Of a DNA stretch of 64,000 bases, positions 51,038 through 64,000 are shown in pieces. Each line of letters opens with the position of its first letter. The first letter of the stretch is position 1. The notes below the pieces were generated by a model. The model was not told the DNA's origin, did not search any database, and saw only the letters and a program-made list of their open reading frames with translations. The stretch is from assembly GCA_964234715.1 (NCBI GenBank), contig OZ174279.1; one strand, written 5' to 3'. This stretch comes from Podarcis melisellensis (Eukaryota). The position numbers and the translations under genes were made by a program.

Positions 51038-52363
51038 GCTCTGCCGGAACAGCCTACTACCTCTCCTGCAGAGGTGGAGACTAACCGTTAGGCTACCACA
51101 TCCTTTCCTTTGTGATTTGTTTAATACATGGTAACATCCATTTAGGGCTACTAATGTCGCATGGAGCTCCAGCTCTCATTCTTGTCATGCTAGCATGCTG
51201 CTGCTTTAGCACAGCCTGAATTTGGAGAGGTATTACAACTTGCATACCTCAACTACTCCATCTTTGAAGCTCAGTACATGCCATCAGGTGAAATTAGGGC
51301 GCAATTCAGCCTGGTACCTAGCTCACATACAGCTTATAAACATCTATTTTACTATAAATATAATTTTAAATAAACAAGATATAAATAAACAGTTCAAAAA
51401 AGAACACCTCCTATTGACTACTCAGTTCATGTGGTAAGACCCAATCAGTCTTACCCCATTGTGTTAGCACTCAATAAAAGAACTGCTAATTATTTTAGTA
51501 AGTGCAAGGGCCAGCATTTTTTAATTGCTTTCTTGATTATAAAGAGAAGCATGACGGCCTATCATTAGAGCAGAGGCATTGACTATATCAACACCGAATT
51601 TTTATTACATCGCAAGTATATAAAACAAGAGCTTTCTGTTTTGGTACTGTACACTTTGCACCATATCGACTTACTTTTATTGATCTTTAATAAAAAATGT
51701 ATAAGTTGAAAGTGTTTTCCCAAACGGCATAAATTAATCGTTATTGCTCCACAGAAAACAAGAAATTGCACTGCAGTAATTAACATTTCCTGGCACCTAA
51801 TCTGAAAGAGCGCATTGCAAGAAACAGGCCTCAAGGTGTTGTGGAAGTTTAAGAATGCTGCCAACACTAGTGTATGCCTGTTCACCATTCTTATCCCTTG
51901 ATGCCAATATCTTTTTATATAAGTGGGCATTTTTGTTTTTGTTTTTAAATGCTAGTACCCTTCTCAGCACAAGCTCATTGTCAGTGTTCAACTCAGCTCA
52001 GGTCTGGGAAGCTCACCCCATTGTCCTTAGCCCTGAGGAGTTAGCTAAAGAGCAACAAAGCATTTGACTCAGGAAGCCAAGTTGGCTTTCATAATCAGTT
52101 AGGCAGCAATAGAAATGTCAATAAGAGTGAGACATACTGTACAAAGCAGAAGGCCATAGGAGTGTTGATTTGAAGACATCTCATACTGCAGGTTTTCATC
52201 TCATCTAGGGATACTGATATAGGGAGCTGGCTGGAAGCCAGCTGGAGCCTGACAAGGGTCTAGCTGGATGGTCAGCAAGACTATATTTCTTCACCCTAGG
52301 CTACCAGCTTCTAAAATCTAGGCTTTCATAGCAACCTGAAGGTCAATAACTACTGGTTGCAAT

Positions 52364-52845
52364 GTTGTTGTTGTTATTCTTTAGTCATTTAGTCATGTCC
52401 GACTCTTCATGACCCCATGGACCAGAGCACGCCAGGCACTCCTGTCTTCCACTGCCTCCCACAGCTTGGTCAAACTCATGTTAGTAGCTGTGAGAACACT
52501 GTCCAACCATCTTGTCCTCTGTCCCTTCTCCTTGTGCCCTCCATCTTTCCCAACACCAGGGTCTTTTCCAGAGAGTCTTCTCTTCTCATGAGGTGGCCAA
52601 AATATTGGAGTCTCAGCTTCAGGACCTGTCCTTCCAGTGAGCACTCAGGGCTGATTTCCTTCAGAATGGATAGGTTTGATCTTCTTGCAGTCCATGGGAC
52701 TCTCAAGAGTCTCCTCCAGCACCATAATTCCAAAGCATTAATTCTTCGGCTATCAGCCTTCTTTATGGTCCAGCTCTCACTTCCATACATCACTACTGGG
52801 AAAACCATAGCTTTAACTATATGGACCTTTGTTGGCAAGATGATG
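52364..52845 (-). mobile_element. BovB (RTE) LINE 3' fragment
   Basis: TKVHIVKAMVFPVVMYGSESWTIKKA..RINALELWCWRRLLRVPWTARRSN and a (CAA)n tail. 12-bp TSD ACTGGTTGCAAT at 52352-52363 and 52846-52857. Confidence 0.97.
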
Positions 52846-53059
52846 ACTGGTTGCAATAGGAACCAACTAATAGTCCTTTAATTATCACCACAAAAACAAA
52901 TCATATACATTTCCCCCTCTTTTCCAGTGGTGACCTTGAGTATGAAATCATTGAGGATGTATCTCTAGCTTTGATACTTTGCTGCCATCCAGGCTGTTTC
53001 TCTGATAAGATGCTATGCATCCTTTCCTTATTTCTTTTCTACCTCACCTCTCTGGGTTA

Positions 53060-53090
<31 letters not shown>

Positions 53091-53389
53091 TTGCTTCAAG
53101 CCTTGCTACTCTGCCTGGCTGGGAGGCAGAGCATTTTTTTTGTTTTTGTTTCCATTAGCAATATGCAAGCTCTACTCCACTCTACTTCTATCTGGGCTAC
53201 TAATTATGAGCGTTCTCTGAGAACATTTTTTTTAAAAGATCTTTTCTGAGAATTCTAAATTAGCTCATAATTTTCTGTCACATGCATATTCTTGAAGCGT
53301 TGTTAGTAACATCAAATGGTCTTCTGGCAACTTAGACCAACAGCTTTATTCTGGCATGTTCTTTCAGGGTATACATATGTATAAACCAG

Positions 53390-53630
53390 AGAAAAGGAAC
53401 CTTCTAGATGCTGGACCAGAGCTCCCATCATTCCTGACCTTTGGCCATGCTGACTGGGGTTGATGGGAATTGGAGTGCAGAACATCTGAAAGGCCACAGG
53501 TTCCTCATCCCTATCTAAACTAAATATAATAAACATTGTGGCCCAACTGCACTATGCATTGCATGGGCAATGGTCAGTCTGATGGGACTTGTAGACCACA
53601 AAATATAGAGGGTACCAGGTTGGGGAAGTG
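53390..53630. mobile_element. two degraded URR1-like hAT MITE pieces
   Basis: CTCCCATCATTCCTGACC.TTGGCCATGCTG..GATGGGAATTG..ACATCTG..GGCCACAGGTTCC, and GATGGGACTTGTAG..GAGGG.ACCAGGTTGGGGAA. Confidence 0.7.
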
Positions 53631-54130
53631 TGCAAATAGCTCAAGAGGTATCAGTGCTAAAGCTGACATCTGTATGACATTCAGTCCTGTCCCAAATATG
53701 TTTACTTGGGTATCAGCCCCACAAATTTCACTGCAGCTCACTTCAGCATATGTGATTTCAGCATCAGAGTAACCATCTATCTTTTCAAAGACAAATTAAA
53801 GGCTGTGTATACTTTTAAAGCATATTCAAAACACATTCTTTCTCTCAAAGAATTCTGGGCACTGTAGTTTGTTATGGGTTGCTGGGAGTTATAGCTCTGA
53901 CAGGTAAAATACATTGCCCAGAATTATTTCAGGGAAAGAATGTGCATTACAGGTCTAATGTGAATGTGGCCCCATTCACAACATGTCTTTTAAAAAGCCC
54001 ATAGATTCCTCTATAGGGATATGGCATAACCATTCTTAGTATGAGCTGTAGGAAAGGAGAAACTGGCACAAACAAGGTTTAGTTACATCAGGATTAGATC
54101 ACAGTATGTTGTAGGAATGCAAGTGTGTCC

Positions 54131-54489
54131 ATTTAAAGCCCTAAACGGCCTCCGTCCTTTATACCTGAAGGAGTGACTCCACCCCCATGATTCAGCCTGG
54201 ACACTGAGATCCAGCACCGAGGGCCTTCTGGCGATTCCCTCATTGCAAGAAGTGAGGTTACAGGGAACCAGACAGAGGGCCTTCTTGGTAGTGGAGCCCA
54301 CCCGGTGGAACTCCCTCCCTTCAGATGTGAAGGAAATAAGCAGCTATCCTATCTTTAAAGGACATCTGAAGGCAGCCCTGTTTAGGGAAGTTTTTAAATA
54401 TTTAATGCTGTATCGTTTTTAATGCTTGATTGGGAGCCTCCCAGAGTGGCTGGGGAAACTCAGCCAGATGGGCGGGGTATAAACAATAA

Positions 54490-54531
<42 letters not shown>
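54131..54531 (+). mobile_element. L2-clade LINE 3' fragment
   Basis: FKALNGL.P.YLKE.L, and RAFLVVEPT.WNSLP, then a 3' hairpin and (TTA)n tail. Confidence 0.9.
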
Positions 54532-54533
<2 letters not shown>

Positions 54534-57500
54534 ACAGCTGAAAATGGATGTTTGGGGTCCTAGAAATGAGGGTTGTATCTACACAAAACCCATGATGTTG
54601 TGGGTGGGTGTATTCCCTGATCACAACAACCACCATTCATTCACCTTGGGTGAATGTGCAAGGAAGAAAAGGCGCAGATAACCTGATCAAGTAGAGAGTC
54701 CAAACAGGTATGGAGTAAACACAACACCCACTCCTGTGGACAGAAGGATCTGGAATCAATCTAAATTGAATGCTGAGGACGAGAACAAACAATTCTGGAT
54801 GGAGGAAAAATGACATTTTTGTGCTACAAATGGGTTAGTGTGAGTACCACCCTTGCCATCAATTTCATGAAGAATTCTGCCCAAGATTCAGATTTAGGAT
54901 TTGAATTGGAGCAATTAGCCAGAGGGTCAAAATCCAACCATACTGTGGTACAGTATGTGCGTCTCTCACTACCCTTCCCCTGCCATATTTTAGTGGATGC
55001 ACAGCTGTAGAATGACTTACATTATTTCTCACTTCTCTTGTGTCATTAACCAAGAGGAGAGTATAAGCAGAGGGTAGGTGGGGTGGGGAGATTTCTGTCC
55101 CCACAGAAATCTTATTCATATGTTTTATTATATGCTGTAGCACGGGCACCACTTTAGTTTAATGGCGTGTTGGATGATGGTACAAATTTATAGCTAAAGG
55201 TTTACATCACAGACAGCTGGAATGAATAACAATAAATTAATTTAAAGTGCTAGAAAAGTGCTCCCCATAGTATATGGTGCCTATGTGCTCCAGGCCAATA
55301 ATTTATAAATGTGTGTCTTTTATAATCCTGATCTAAAGTCTTGAAAGCAGCTAGTTAAAAAGCAGTCACATGACATAAATTATTTTTTATTAATATTTCA
55401 GTTGATAAGGGTGGGCACTGTGGCCATTAGCATGAGGTGGCTTTCATTTATGGCCCGAGCACTTGGAAGCTTGTAACCAAAACTCAAAGATATCAGCAAT
55501 TGCCATGCTTCAACCACCATTTGTCAATGAGGGATGTAGGTAACATACTAGGCACCCAACCCAGCACAAATCAGTTGTGCTTAAGTCTCCTTGAAATGAA
55601 TGGGAGCTGCATAAGAGCAAAGGGGAATTTTCCTACAGGGTTCTCCCTCACAAAATATATGCGAGTTCAGATGCTGCCAACAGCATCCTGTTCTTACTGT
55701 GGCCAACCAGTTGCCTCTGGGAAACCAGGAAGCAGGATTTGAGGACAAGAGCCCTGTGGTTTCCAGCAACTGGTATTCAGAAACATTTCTGCCTCCAACA
55801 GTAGACGACGATTGCAGATTGCTGGCTCCCACTTCCCGCATGGTTACACACATTCTTCAAATGCCTGTCTATCCTATTGTCAATGAGCTATCCATTGTCA
55901 ATTCTGAATTCAGTGAACTGGTTTGCAGAAGATGAGCAGCTGATAATGGAATTGAAATGACAATTCAGATGGCTTTGCCCAGGAAAGAACTGTAGCTCAA
56001 GACAGGCTGAGATCCTAAGTCCAATTCCATCCTTATACTCTTACCAATGTTTACTCCTTAGTAAATACTGTTGATTTCACTGGGACTAATTTCCAAGTAA
56101 ATATGCTAAGGCTTGCAATGTTACCCAGTCACGGGCTTAATTAAAATCAATGGATCTCTTCTTTCCACCTAAATATTTTTGGGGTTGCAATAAAAAATTG
56201 AACATACAGGCACAGCAAGTAAGCTGAGGAAGATAGATCTGAAGGTGATTTTGACTTCCTTTAAGAGGAGAGCATCATCTCTCGAATGATGTCACAGGAT
56301 TAGAGAAAAGTCTTGCCTGCAGGCAAACAAATGTGTGTGGAAAAGAGTGGCAGGAATAGAGGCAAGCCAGAAATTGGCAGCTTTTAGAAAGAGGCTGAAT
56401 TGTTGTTGTTGCTCTTGTTATCATACTAGCAACCAAATGCTTTCAGTTAAAATTTTAGCGAAAGGATGACTCTCCTAATGCTTGCCGTTCACAATGACAG
56501 ACAATGTGATGTGGTGGTTAGAGCATCAGACTGGGCCTGGGAAGACCTGGCCAGGGCCAGCTTCAGGGTTGAGGGGCCCAAGGCAAGATGTTGTCTGGTG
56601 GTTGTTTTACTACAGTGGGTTTAAGGGAGGCCCAGTGATGGGGATTTACTTTGGTGGACACAGAAACTCCAGGTAGTCATATTTTTTCGTGACAGTATTC
56701 AACTAAATAGTTCCACTAGTGCAAGGATTAGCACTAATGTGATGGGGACCCCCCCTCTTCCTATTGTGCATGACGCATCTGTCCCTAAATTTGCTCCAGA
56801 AGGTTTGGGGAACACCTAGAATCAAATTAGGGGGTGCATGGGGGGAGGAGAGGGGAAGAAAGTTTCATTGCACAAGGAGAGATTCTTGCACTGACAGAAG
56901 GTTTTGCTTAGTGTTGCACTGAACGCAACCCATAGTTGTTGTCTGGAACAGAAGGGGGACATGGGGGTGGGGACTGGCTTCACAATGTCCTGGAAGCTGG
57001 AAACAAAGGTGGTGGCTGCCAGGACCTGGTAATGATAGGGCTAGGGACAAGCATTAAGGGTTGGCTCTACCTGGGTTCTGGTGTGACAGCTGCTGCCCAA
57101 GAATGCCTGGTGCTGATGCCGACTCTGGCCTGAGTTCAAATCAGACAAGGGATGTGCATTTGTTTCTTAAGAAATGAAAACGTGAAACAAATGGGGTCCA
57201 TTTGTTATTAATTAAGAAAGAAATGCCAGAGTCATGAATGAATTCAGAATATCTTCTATACATTCATTATCCTTTTGGAACACATTCTTTTCTCCTTTGC
57301 TTTCCTCTAGAAGCTGGGATAGGTCAGTTGAAGGTTACAGGAAGGAGGGAGAGATGGAATGGGGAAAGAGGGGATTGGCACTGTAAACTGTTGAGCCTTA
57401 AACTCATATATGTTCCCTTGCGATTAGTTGTTAGTTACTTATAGTTTGTAGCTTACCAATTCAGATACTAGTTATTCTAATTAATGTCTGTGTGCTTTTT

Positions 57501-57927
57501 TGACTGCAGATAAAATGTGGACTCCTTTACCTCTCTGTCTGAAATTTGACAGGTCTGATCCTTTTGCAAGTCAGCAAAATGCCTAAAAATATAATACCAG
57601 TTGGATGGAAAACACAGCACTTAAAAGCAGCAGAGGAGCAGCCCGGTCTCCCGTTAAAAGCAAATGAAGAATGGGAATGATGAAAATGAGTGTAGTTTTT
57701 ATGGACCGAATGAGGTTTCCAGTAAATGGACAAATAGAATAATGGAATAGTTCCCTCTCAATCGTGATTCCTATAAAATCCTCACTTGCTATCTCTCAGC
57801 CTAATCTACCTTCAAGGGTTGTTGTAAGGATTAAATTAACAGGGGAATAAACTGCCCTGAACTACGTGCGGGGAAGATGGGCCAGAAATACAGTATAATA
57901 CATAGAGGTAGGGGAAAGAAAGATTTA

Positions 57928-58150
57928 CAGTGGTACCTCTAGATATGAACGGGATCCGTTCCGGAGCCCCATTCGCATCTAGAAGCAAACATAACTAGAG
58001 ACAGCACGTCTGCACACACGCGCGTCACTTTACACTGCTTCTGCGCAAGCGATGAAACCCAGAAGTAATGTGCTAAGTTACTTCCGGGTTGCCACGGAGC
58101 GCAACTAGAACGCGCTCAACTCGAAGCGTATTCAACCCAAGGTATGACTG
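57928..58150. mobile_element. Tc1/mariner MITE
   Basis: TA|CAGTGGTACCTCT ... AAGGTATGACTG|TA. Confidence 0.88.
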
Positions 58151-59286
58151 TAGTAATGTTTCAGTGCACATGCCAGGAGAGTGTGCATGGCCGGACAGGA
58201 CTGATTCACATATGCATGACTTTCATATCACCTTAGATACAATGCTTTTCAATGGAGTTCATGCATTTGGCTTCCAGGATTTTTTTTTATTTTAATGGTA
58301 TTTCTTTGAATAATATGCAGACCACCTTTCATTCATTTCAGATCACAGGCCGTTCACAATACAGTAGTGGCAATAAAAATAGTACATATAAACCCTTAAC
58401 CACTGAACATTAGATAAGAAAGAAAAATGCAATACAGATGGCCCATCAATATCACTCAAAGGCCTGGTAAACAGGTGAGTCTTGAGTTGGTGATACAAAC
58501 CCAATAATGAAGGTGATTGATACATCTCCAAAGGGAGGATCCATAGCAGGGTGCCCTCACAGAGATGCCCCTGCCTGGAGTCACTGCGTAATAGGTTGCT
58601 CCCCTTGGCAGAACCACAATAAAGATTTTGAACTGAGACACTAGTCAAGTGAAGAGAAAGCAAGTGAATATATGAATCAGGCTTATGTCTGTTTCAGATT
58701 TTGATCTTAATTATTACTTTAGACATATCTTTGTTTTTCTAAGCATTTTTTCCTACCCCAACCATTTTACACATCTAACAAATGCATAAAGAATTAAGCA
58801 AGCAATAACCCATCAAGAGTACTCCCTAGGCAATTTTATTCCCTTTAGTAAAAAATTGGCCTAGTTAGGATAAGTACTGCACGCTCAGTGCTTACTGTGT
58901 GATGCTATTGCTTTGATGGGTTCGTAAGACCCATAAAATCTAGAATTCAAAAACACTTTGTTTTGGAATTTCATAGACTTATCTGGAAGTCCAACTGTCC
59001 TTTCTTTTTGCACATCTTTGTACTCCTACATGCAGGTGTGGGAATGACAGCTAAATCAAAATATTCAAACTCACCATATTATTAGTGTTTCTCAAAATGT
59101 GGCATTCAGGTGATCCTTCCAAAATGTAATGAGGGAGAGTGGGAACAAGCACATTAGCTTTACCCCACCCACACCCACCTCCAACAAGTTGGAGGGACAA
59201 CTTCTGAAGAAGAAAACCAGGGTTCTGAATTGCATGGGAAGCCTCCCCAAGTAGACCAAGTGGAAGGGGATGAGGATTACCTAGGC

Positions 59287-59422
59287 TAAGGTTACCAGAT
59301 GTCCCCGTTTCCCGGGGACAGCCGCCGGATTTACAAATCGGTCCCCTGACAAAATCCATCTATTTAGTAGGAAGTTGAAAAGTGTCCCAGGATTCATTGG
59401 GAAAAAAAATCTGGTAACCTTA
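59287..59422. mobile_element. hAT-like MITE (TAAGGTTACCAGAT TIR)
   Basis: Perfect 14-bp TIR TAAGGTTACCAGAT / ATCTGGTAACCTTA. Confidence 0.8.
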
Positions 59423-60060
59423 AGGCTGAGCCAGCACCCTCATCCTCCCTCTTTTTAAAATGTCTCTACGCCTTTTTAATTTCAAAGACTATTCAGTACA
59501 GCTGATAGTAATCATCACAAAACAATCACTAAATAATGAACCTGCATTGAAATTACCAACACAGATAGAAAACTGAAACAGCAAAAAAACCTGTTCTCTG
59601 TTCAATACAGCAAATGATCAATACCATGTCCACAAAGGCCTTCCTAAACTGCCATGTTTTGACTACTTATCAGGAAGCCAATTGTGACGGAGCGCAGTGG
59701 ACTCAGGAAAGCCATTCCACCTCTGGTGTGCAGCAGCCAAAAGGATAGAAAACTACCAATCAGAAATGCTAAAGTAATGGAATGCCTGCATTGGCAAGGG
59801 TTTGGACTATATGACCTATGGGCCTCTTCCAATCCTATGCTTCTATAAAGGCCCCTTTTGCATCCTTGCTTGCCAAATATCAGATGATGGGAGCGACAGA
59901 GAACGAGGCCTCTGATGTAGACCTAATTATACAGGTGTGACTATATAGGCAAGATAAGTTGGCCTCAGGCTATTTAGGGTGTTACAGATAGGCAAGAGTG
60001 CTTCAAAACAAGCTGTCTGCCAAGAAAGAAGATACAAGTTGAGGCAATATATGCCACAAC

Positions 60061-60346
60061 TAGTGGCGTAGCGTGGGGGCCCCTCAGAGGGGTGGTTGCC
60101 CTCGACACAAAATTGTTAGGGGCGCAAAATTTCAACACCCGGTGCTGCCTCAATACAGCTGAACGCTTCCATTACTGGGCTCTGCTGAAAACAGTTTCTC
60201 CATGCGAACCAGGAAGTGACCTCTCCAGACAATGGAATAACTCTTCTTATCTCTGTGGCATTAGGCAGTCAAATGCACATGCATGCTCTGTACATTTTTC
60301 TCCCTCTTTGCGGCCCCGGGCACTGGCAACCCATGCTATACCACTG
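60061..60346. mobile_element. older hAT MITE related to the CAGTGGCGTAGC family
   Basis: TAGTGGCGTAGCGTGGGG ... CCCATGCTATACCACTG, with internal TTAGGGGGCGCAAA. Confidence 0.75.
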
Positions 60347-62622
60347 GTACCAACTAGTCTGCTCCTGTTCATATTTTGACAGTGAGTTTTGAACCAACTG
60401 ACATTTCTGAATACCCTACAGCTCTATGGAGTCCAATCTGGATGTTTCTGAAACATGAATGACCAAAGTTAGACTGGCATTGGTAAAAAGCCACTTTTGG
60501 CCACCACTGCCACTTAGCCATGCAAGAACATGTATGTCATTCTGAACTCCTTGGAGGCTGCTTATAATATAACCCCTTCCCCTTGAGTCGGGAGATGGTG
60601 TACCTTTGAATAGCGGATAGCGGGGACCAGAAATGTTGCCTTCTGGCCCTGCTTGTGAGTTTTCCAGTGGGCCCTGCTGGGAGCAGAATATTGACCTTTG
60701 GCCTGATCCAGCGGGCCAGTTTTTATGCAAACTTGTGTTTGTGACTGTGGAGCGAGGGAAAGGAGAAGCGCGGGAAAAGGAGAAACAGCATATGAATGGG
60801 AATGTGAAAGTAAGGGAATCTGAGCATGTTTGTAACAGTGTCAGAGGAAACAGCCAGGAGAGGCCAGGAGGGAGGGAGAGGATGTAGGAATGATGGGCTA
60901 ATAGAATGACTGCAGTGACAGTCATGCCACACAAGAATAGTCGGCATCAGGGAAATCAGTTAAAGCTGTATTGATTCCCTTTAGAGGTGAGAGAAAACAG
61001 ACACAGTCAGCTGCCAGGGAACGGTTTTGCACAGGAGCTGCGCAGCCTCTCGGCTGGTTTTCTTTTATTAATGATTTTCCTTTCCCCAAAAAGACCACCG
61101 ACTTAAAAATAAAATGAAAAAGAAGCAGGCCCCACCACCTGCCCCCCTCTCGTTGCCCCTCTCCTTTTAGTAATAGGAGATGCAATCAAAGCAGGCCCAG
61201 GGAAAAGGAAGTAGTGCATTCAGAAAGCCAACTGTACCCTCCGGCAACAGAGGAGGAAAGGAAAGACGGATAAAAAGAGCCAGAGTTAAAGGGGGAGAGA
61301 GGGAGGGAGGCGAAAACCCAGCCCTGGTGCTTTCTTCTTCTTCCAAGCAGCGTTCACCTAATCAGCTCCAGAGCGCTCAGCTCACAGTACTAGGAAACAG
61401 AACACATCAAATCCATATCACTTCCCTCTTAATGGGGAATGCTCATCTCGCCAGTCCTCATCGGAAAGCATGTGATTTCTTTCTCTTTTTCCTTTCTCAT
61501 CTTGAATATGCACATGGAAAAGAAATTAGGCCAGCCCTTTTTATTTCACAGCACAGTGTGCATGCGTATGTGTGTGTGTGTGTACATACATACACACCTC
61601 AACATTTTACAGATGAAAACAGGGATACGCTTAGGTACTTGTATCATCCGTATTCTGCTATACTAATGATCTCCCTCTGAGCCCTTCAGCACCACACTTA
61701 GTCAGACATTGTTGTCGGTTCTCCTCTGACTACTGTATGCAAAGCAAACCTGCCAACATCTCACAAAGGAAAGCGGGGCAACTATTGAGTAATTCACACA
61801 GGTCTAGTCCCACACCGCAGATCTGAGCCCCCACTCCCACCTGCTACACACATTACTAAAAGCCTTTTTTTTTTAATGTCTGTATGTTGTAATTGTTTAC
61901 TCTGCAACAGCCTATCCTGCTGTGATAGTAAACTGGCTGTAATAATTTCCTTTTTTTATTAAAAAAAAATACAGTTTATGAATGCCTAATAGAGTGTTCA
62001 ATATCCCAGTAGAGCTGACTGCACTTACCTCAGAATAGCTGCAACTCGAACACATCCAGTTTGTTCTCCAGCCTGGTATGTTAATATTGGTCTCTCCTGA
62101 CTGCTGTTTTTAGGAGTGTTGTTTGTTATATGCTAATTTTTAGTTTTTGGATTTTGGATTTTTATGGACAGCATGTATTTTCATTTTATTTGTATTCTAG
62201 CTTTGTGATTGTTATGGGTTTGTTTTTGTATTTTTACATTTGTATACAACTTACAGATTATTATTATTATTTCAATATTGTGGTCTATAAATGGATTAAA
62301 TAGATAAATATTTGAAAATATTGTATAATGTATTGTTTTGTAAGCCAGCTTGAATTCATTATTTGGAAAATGAAAGGCTTTTAGATTTTGAAAATGAAAG
62401 GCTTTTAGATTTTGAATTTTTAAAAAATAAAAAGGCATCTTTCTATCTTCCACATTTAAGCACTTCCTTTGTGATCTGGATTTTGTGATCTTTGAAATTT
62501 CTGAGTTTGGGTAAGGTTGTGATAGTTACATAGATAATCTTATTAATGTAAAAATAAGTGTTTTACATAATTTTAGTTTATAAAAAAATGCTGTGTCAAG
62601 TTTTACAGTTGTATTTTTGATA

Positions 62623-62864
62623 CTGTGGTACCTCGGATTTCTAACATCTCTTTTGAGGAACACTTCAGTTTTCGAACGCCGTAAACCTGGAAGTAAATGC
62701 TTCTGTTTTCAAACACGCCTCGGAAGTCAAACATGCCACGCGGCTTCCTCTGAGTGCAAGATCCTGAGACCTACATGTCGGTTATTGAGTTTTCGGTTTT
62801 TGAATGTTTCAGCACTTGAATGGTCTTCCAGAAGGGATTATGTTCAAAAACCAAGGTACCACTG
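62623..62864. mobile_element. Tc1/mariner MITE
   Basis: TA|CTGTGGTACCTCGG ... CCAAGGTACCACTG|TA. Confidence 0.85.
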
Positions 62865-63089
62865 TATTTGTTTCCATGATAATTCTGATCTCATCAGTTA
62901 TTGCTCTTATTTATTGACACTTTACTTATCCAGTTTTGTTATGATTTGTGTTCATTCCATGTTTTGCCTAGATGAAATATTGTTTATGTAAGGGGTTTCT
63001 TTTTAAAGAAGAAAAAATATTTCACTGATGGTATTTATAGTTATTAATATTTTATAGTGATATAATATAGTACCATGATGAAAAACCCT

Positions 63090-63500
63090 CTGCTCAAAAT
63101 ATGTTGAATTCCTGCAAATTCCGGCTGAAACAAAGCCCTGAGTGTAGCTGATGGGTCTTAAACCCTTGGTGACTTAGGGACTTCCCCTGCATGTGAAGAC
63201 ATGCTCTGGCAAATTGAGCAGTTAAGACCAATAGCGGGTCCATCAGTCAGGAAGGCGGTTTCTGCATGTGCTATTGAGGGAAATGAGGGGCAGATGGGGC
63301 TCATCAAGCTGGGATGGAAGTCCACCTAGAAGATGGAAAACTGATCCTAAATGTCTGCTGCCTTGCAGTTATACCCATTCATGAGGAAGACTTCAGAAGT
63401 AAACCCTGAGGAACAATCTGTAGCTGCTGCCTGGTCCCTTGGGCAGCCCAAGACCTCCATGCATACTGCCCAGGCATGCACCCCAGAGATGTTTTTGCTC
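63090..63500 (+). mobile_element. RTE-type retroelement 5' UTR-like segment
   Basis: GGGGCAGATGGGGCTC.TCAA.CTGGGA.GG.AGTCCA.CTAG.AGA.GGAAAACT and GGGCAGCCC.AGACCTCCAT resemble RTE 5' regions as I recall them. No ORF follows. Confidence 0.45.
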
Positions 63501-64000
63501 TGTTTTGTGCAGCAGCCCTTTTGGTGTGTATGGCAGCTGGCTGGCATCACTGCTCAGGGCAAGCGGGTGGAGGTCAAGCTACCTCTGCCATTGCACCACA
63601 GGATGGCTGCCGTGTCCCATCCCTGCTGCAACTTCATCAGGCTGCTCATAGGCTGCCACAGCCCCTTTAACCATTCTTCATTGACTGACTAGTACGTGGC
63701 TGAAGCTCAGTCCCTTATGGTGGCTGCAGCACTGACCAGTTCATTTGCAATATGTCGCACACAGCATAATGTTGACTTGTGTTTTAATGTAGAATGCTGG
63801 CAAGTGTTTTAATCTCTTTTCAGGTTACGTTGATTTTAGTTATCTTTTGAATATTTTAAAATATCTGTCTTGACTGTCTTTTATTGATAATGTTGTGTGG
63901 TTGCTTTTTTTTTTTTTTTAGATCACTTGGATGCTTTATTACAACCAACCGATATGGACATTTTGTTAAATAAATAAGTACAATGCTTCCTGATCCAGGG

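Noticed and set aside
60416-61680. 172-aa (minus) and 166-aa (plus) ORFs
   Set aside because: Low-complexity, composition-driven frames with no recognisable domain or supported splice structure.

Overview
Squamate (probably lacertid lizard) non-coding DNA, intronic or intergenic, heavily filled with transposable elements. The taxon is inferred from Sauria SINEs, BovB and lizard-type MITEs. I found no host protein-coding exon I can support. Every ORF with recognisable homology is a retroelement relic: L2, CR1, Rex1/Babar, L1, BovB, or an old RTE-like element. Also present are four Sauria SINEs, tRNA-Ala/tRNA-Lys/MIR-type SINEs, about 10 TA-flanked Tc1/mariner-type MITEs, hAT MITEs with 8-bp TSDs, a solo LTR with a 4-bp TSD, and a CpG-rich promoter-like segment at ~1.9-2.5 kb. 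Most notable observations: (1) a young Penelope-type insertion at 46.0-46.2 kb forming a 95-bp near-perfect inverted repeat that carries two oppositely oriented minimal hammerhead ribozyme motifs; (2) a decayed Ngaro/DIRS tyrosine-recombinase retrotransposon on the minus strand at ~31-35 kb, largely missed by the ORF track, with a possible second scattered copy on the plus strand; (3) a cluster of young hAT MITEs carrying TTAGGG motifs. Family names come from motif recognition by eye, not database searches. I see no strong evidence for a wholly new biological system.
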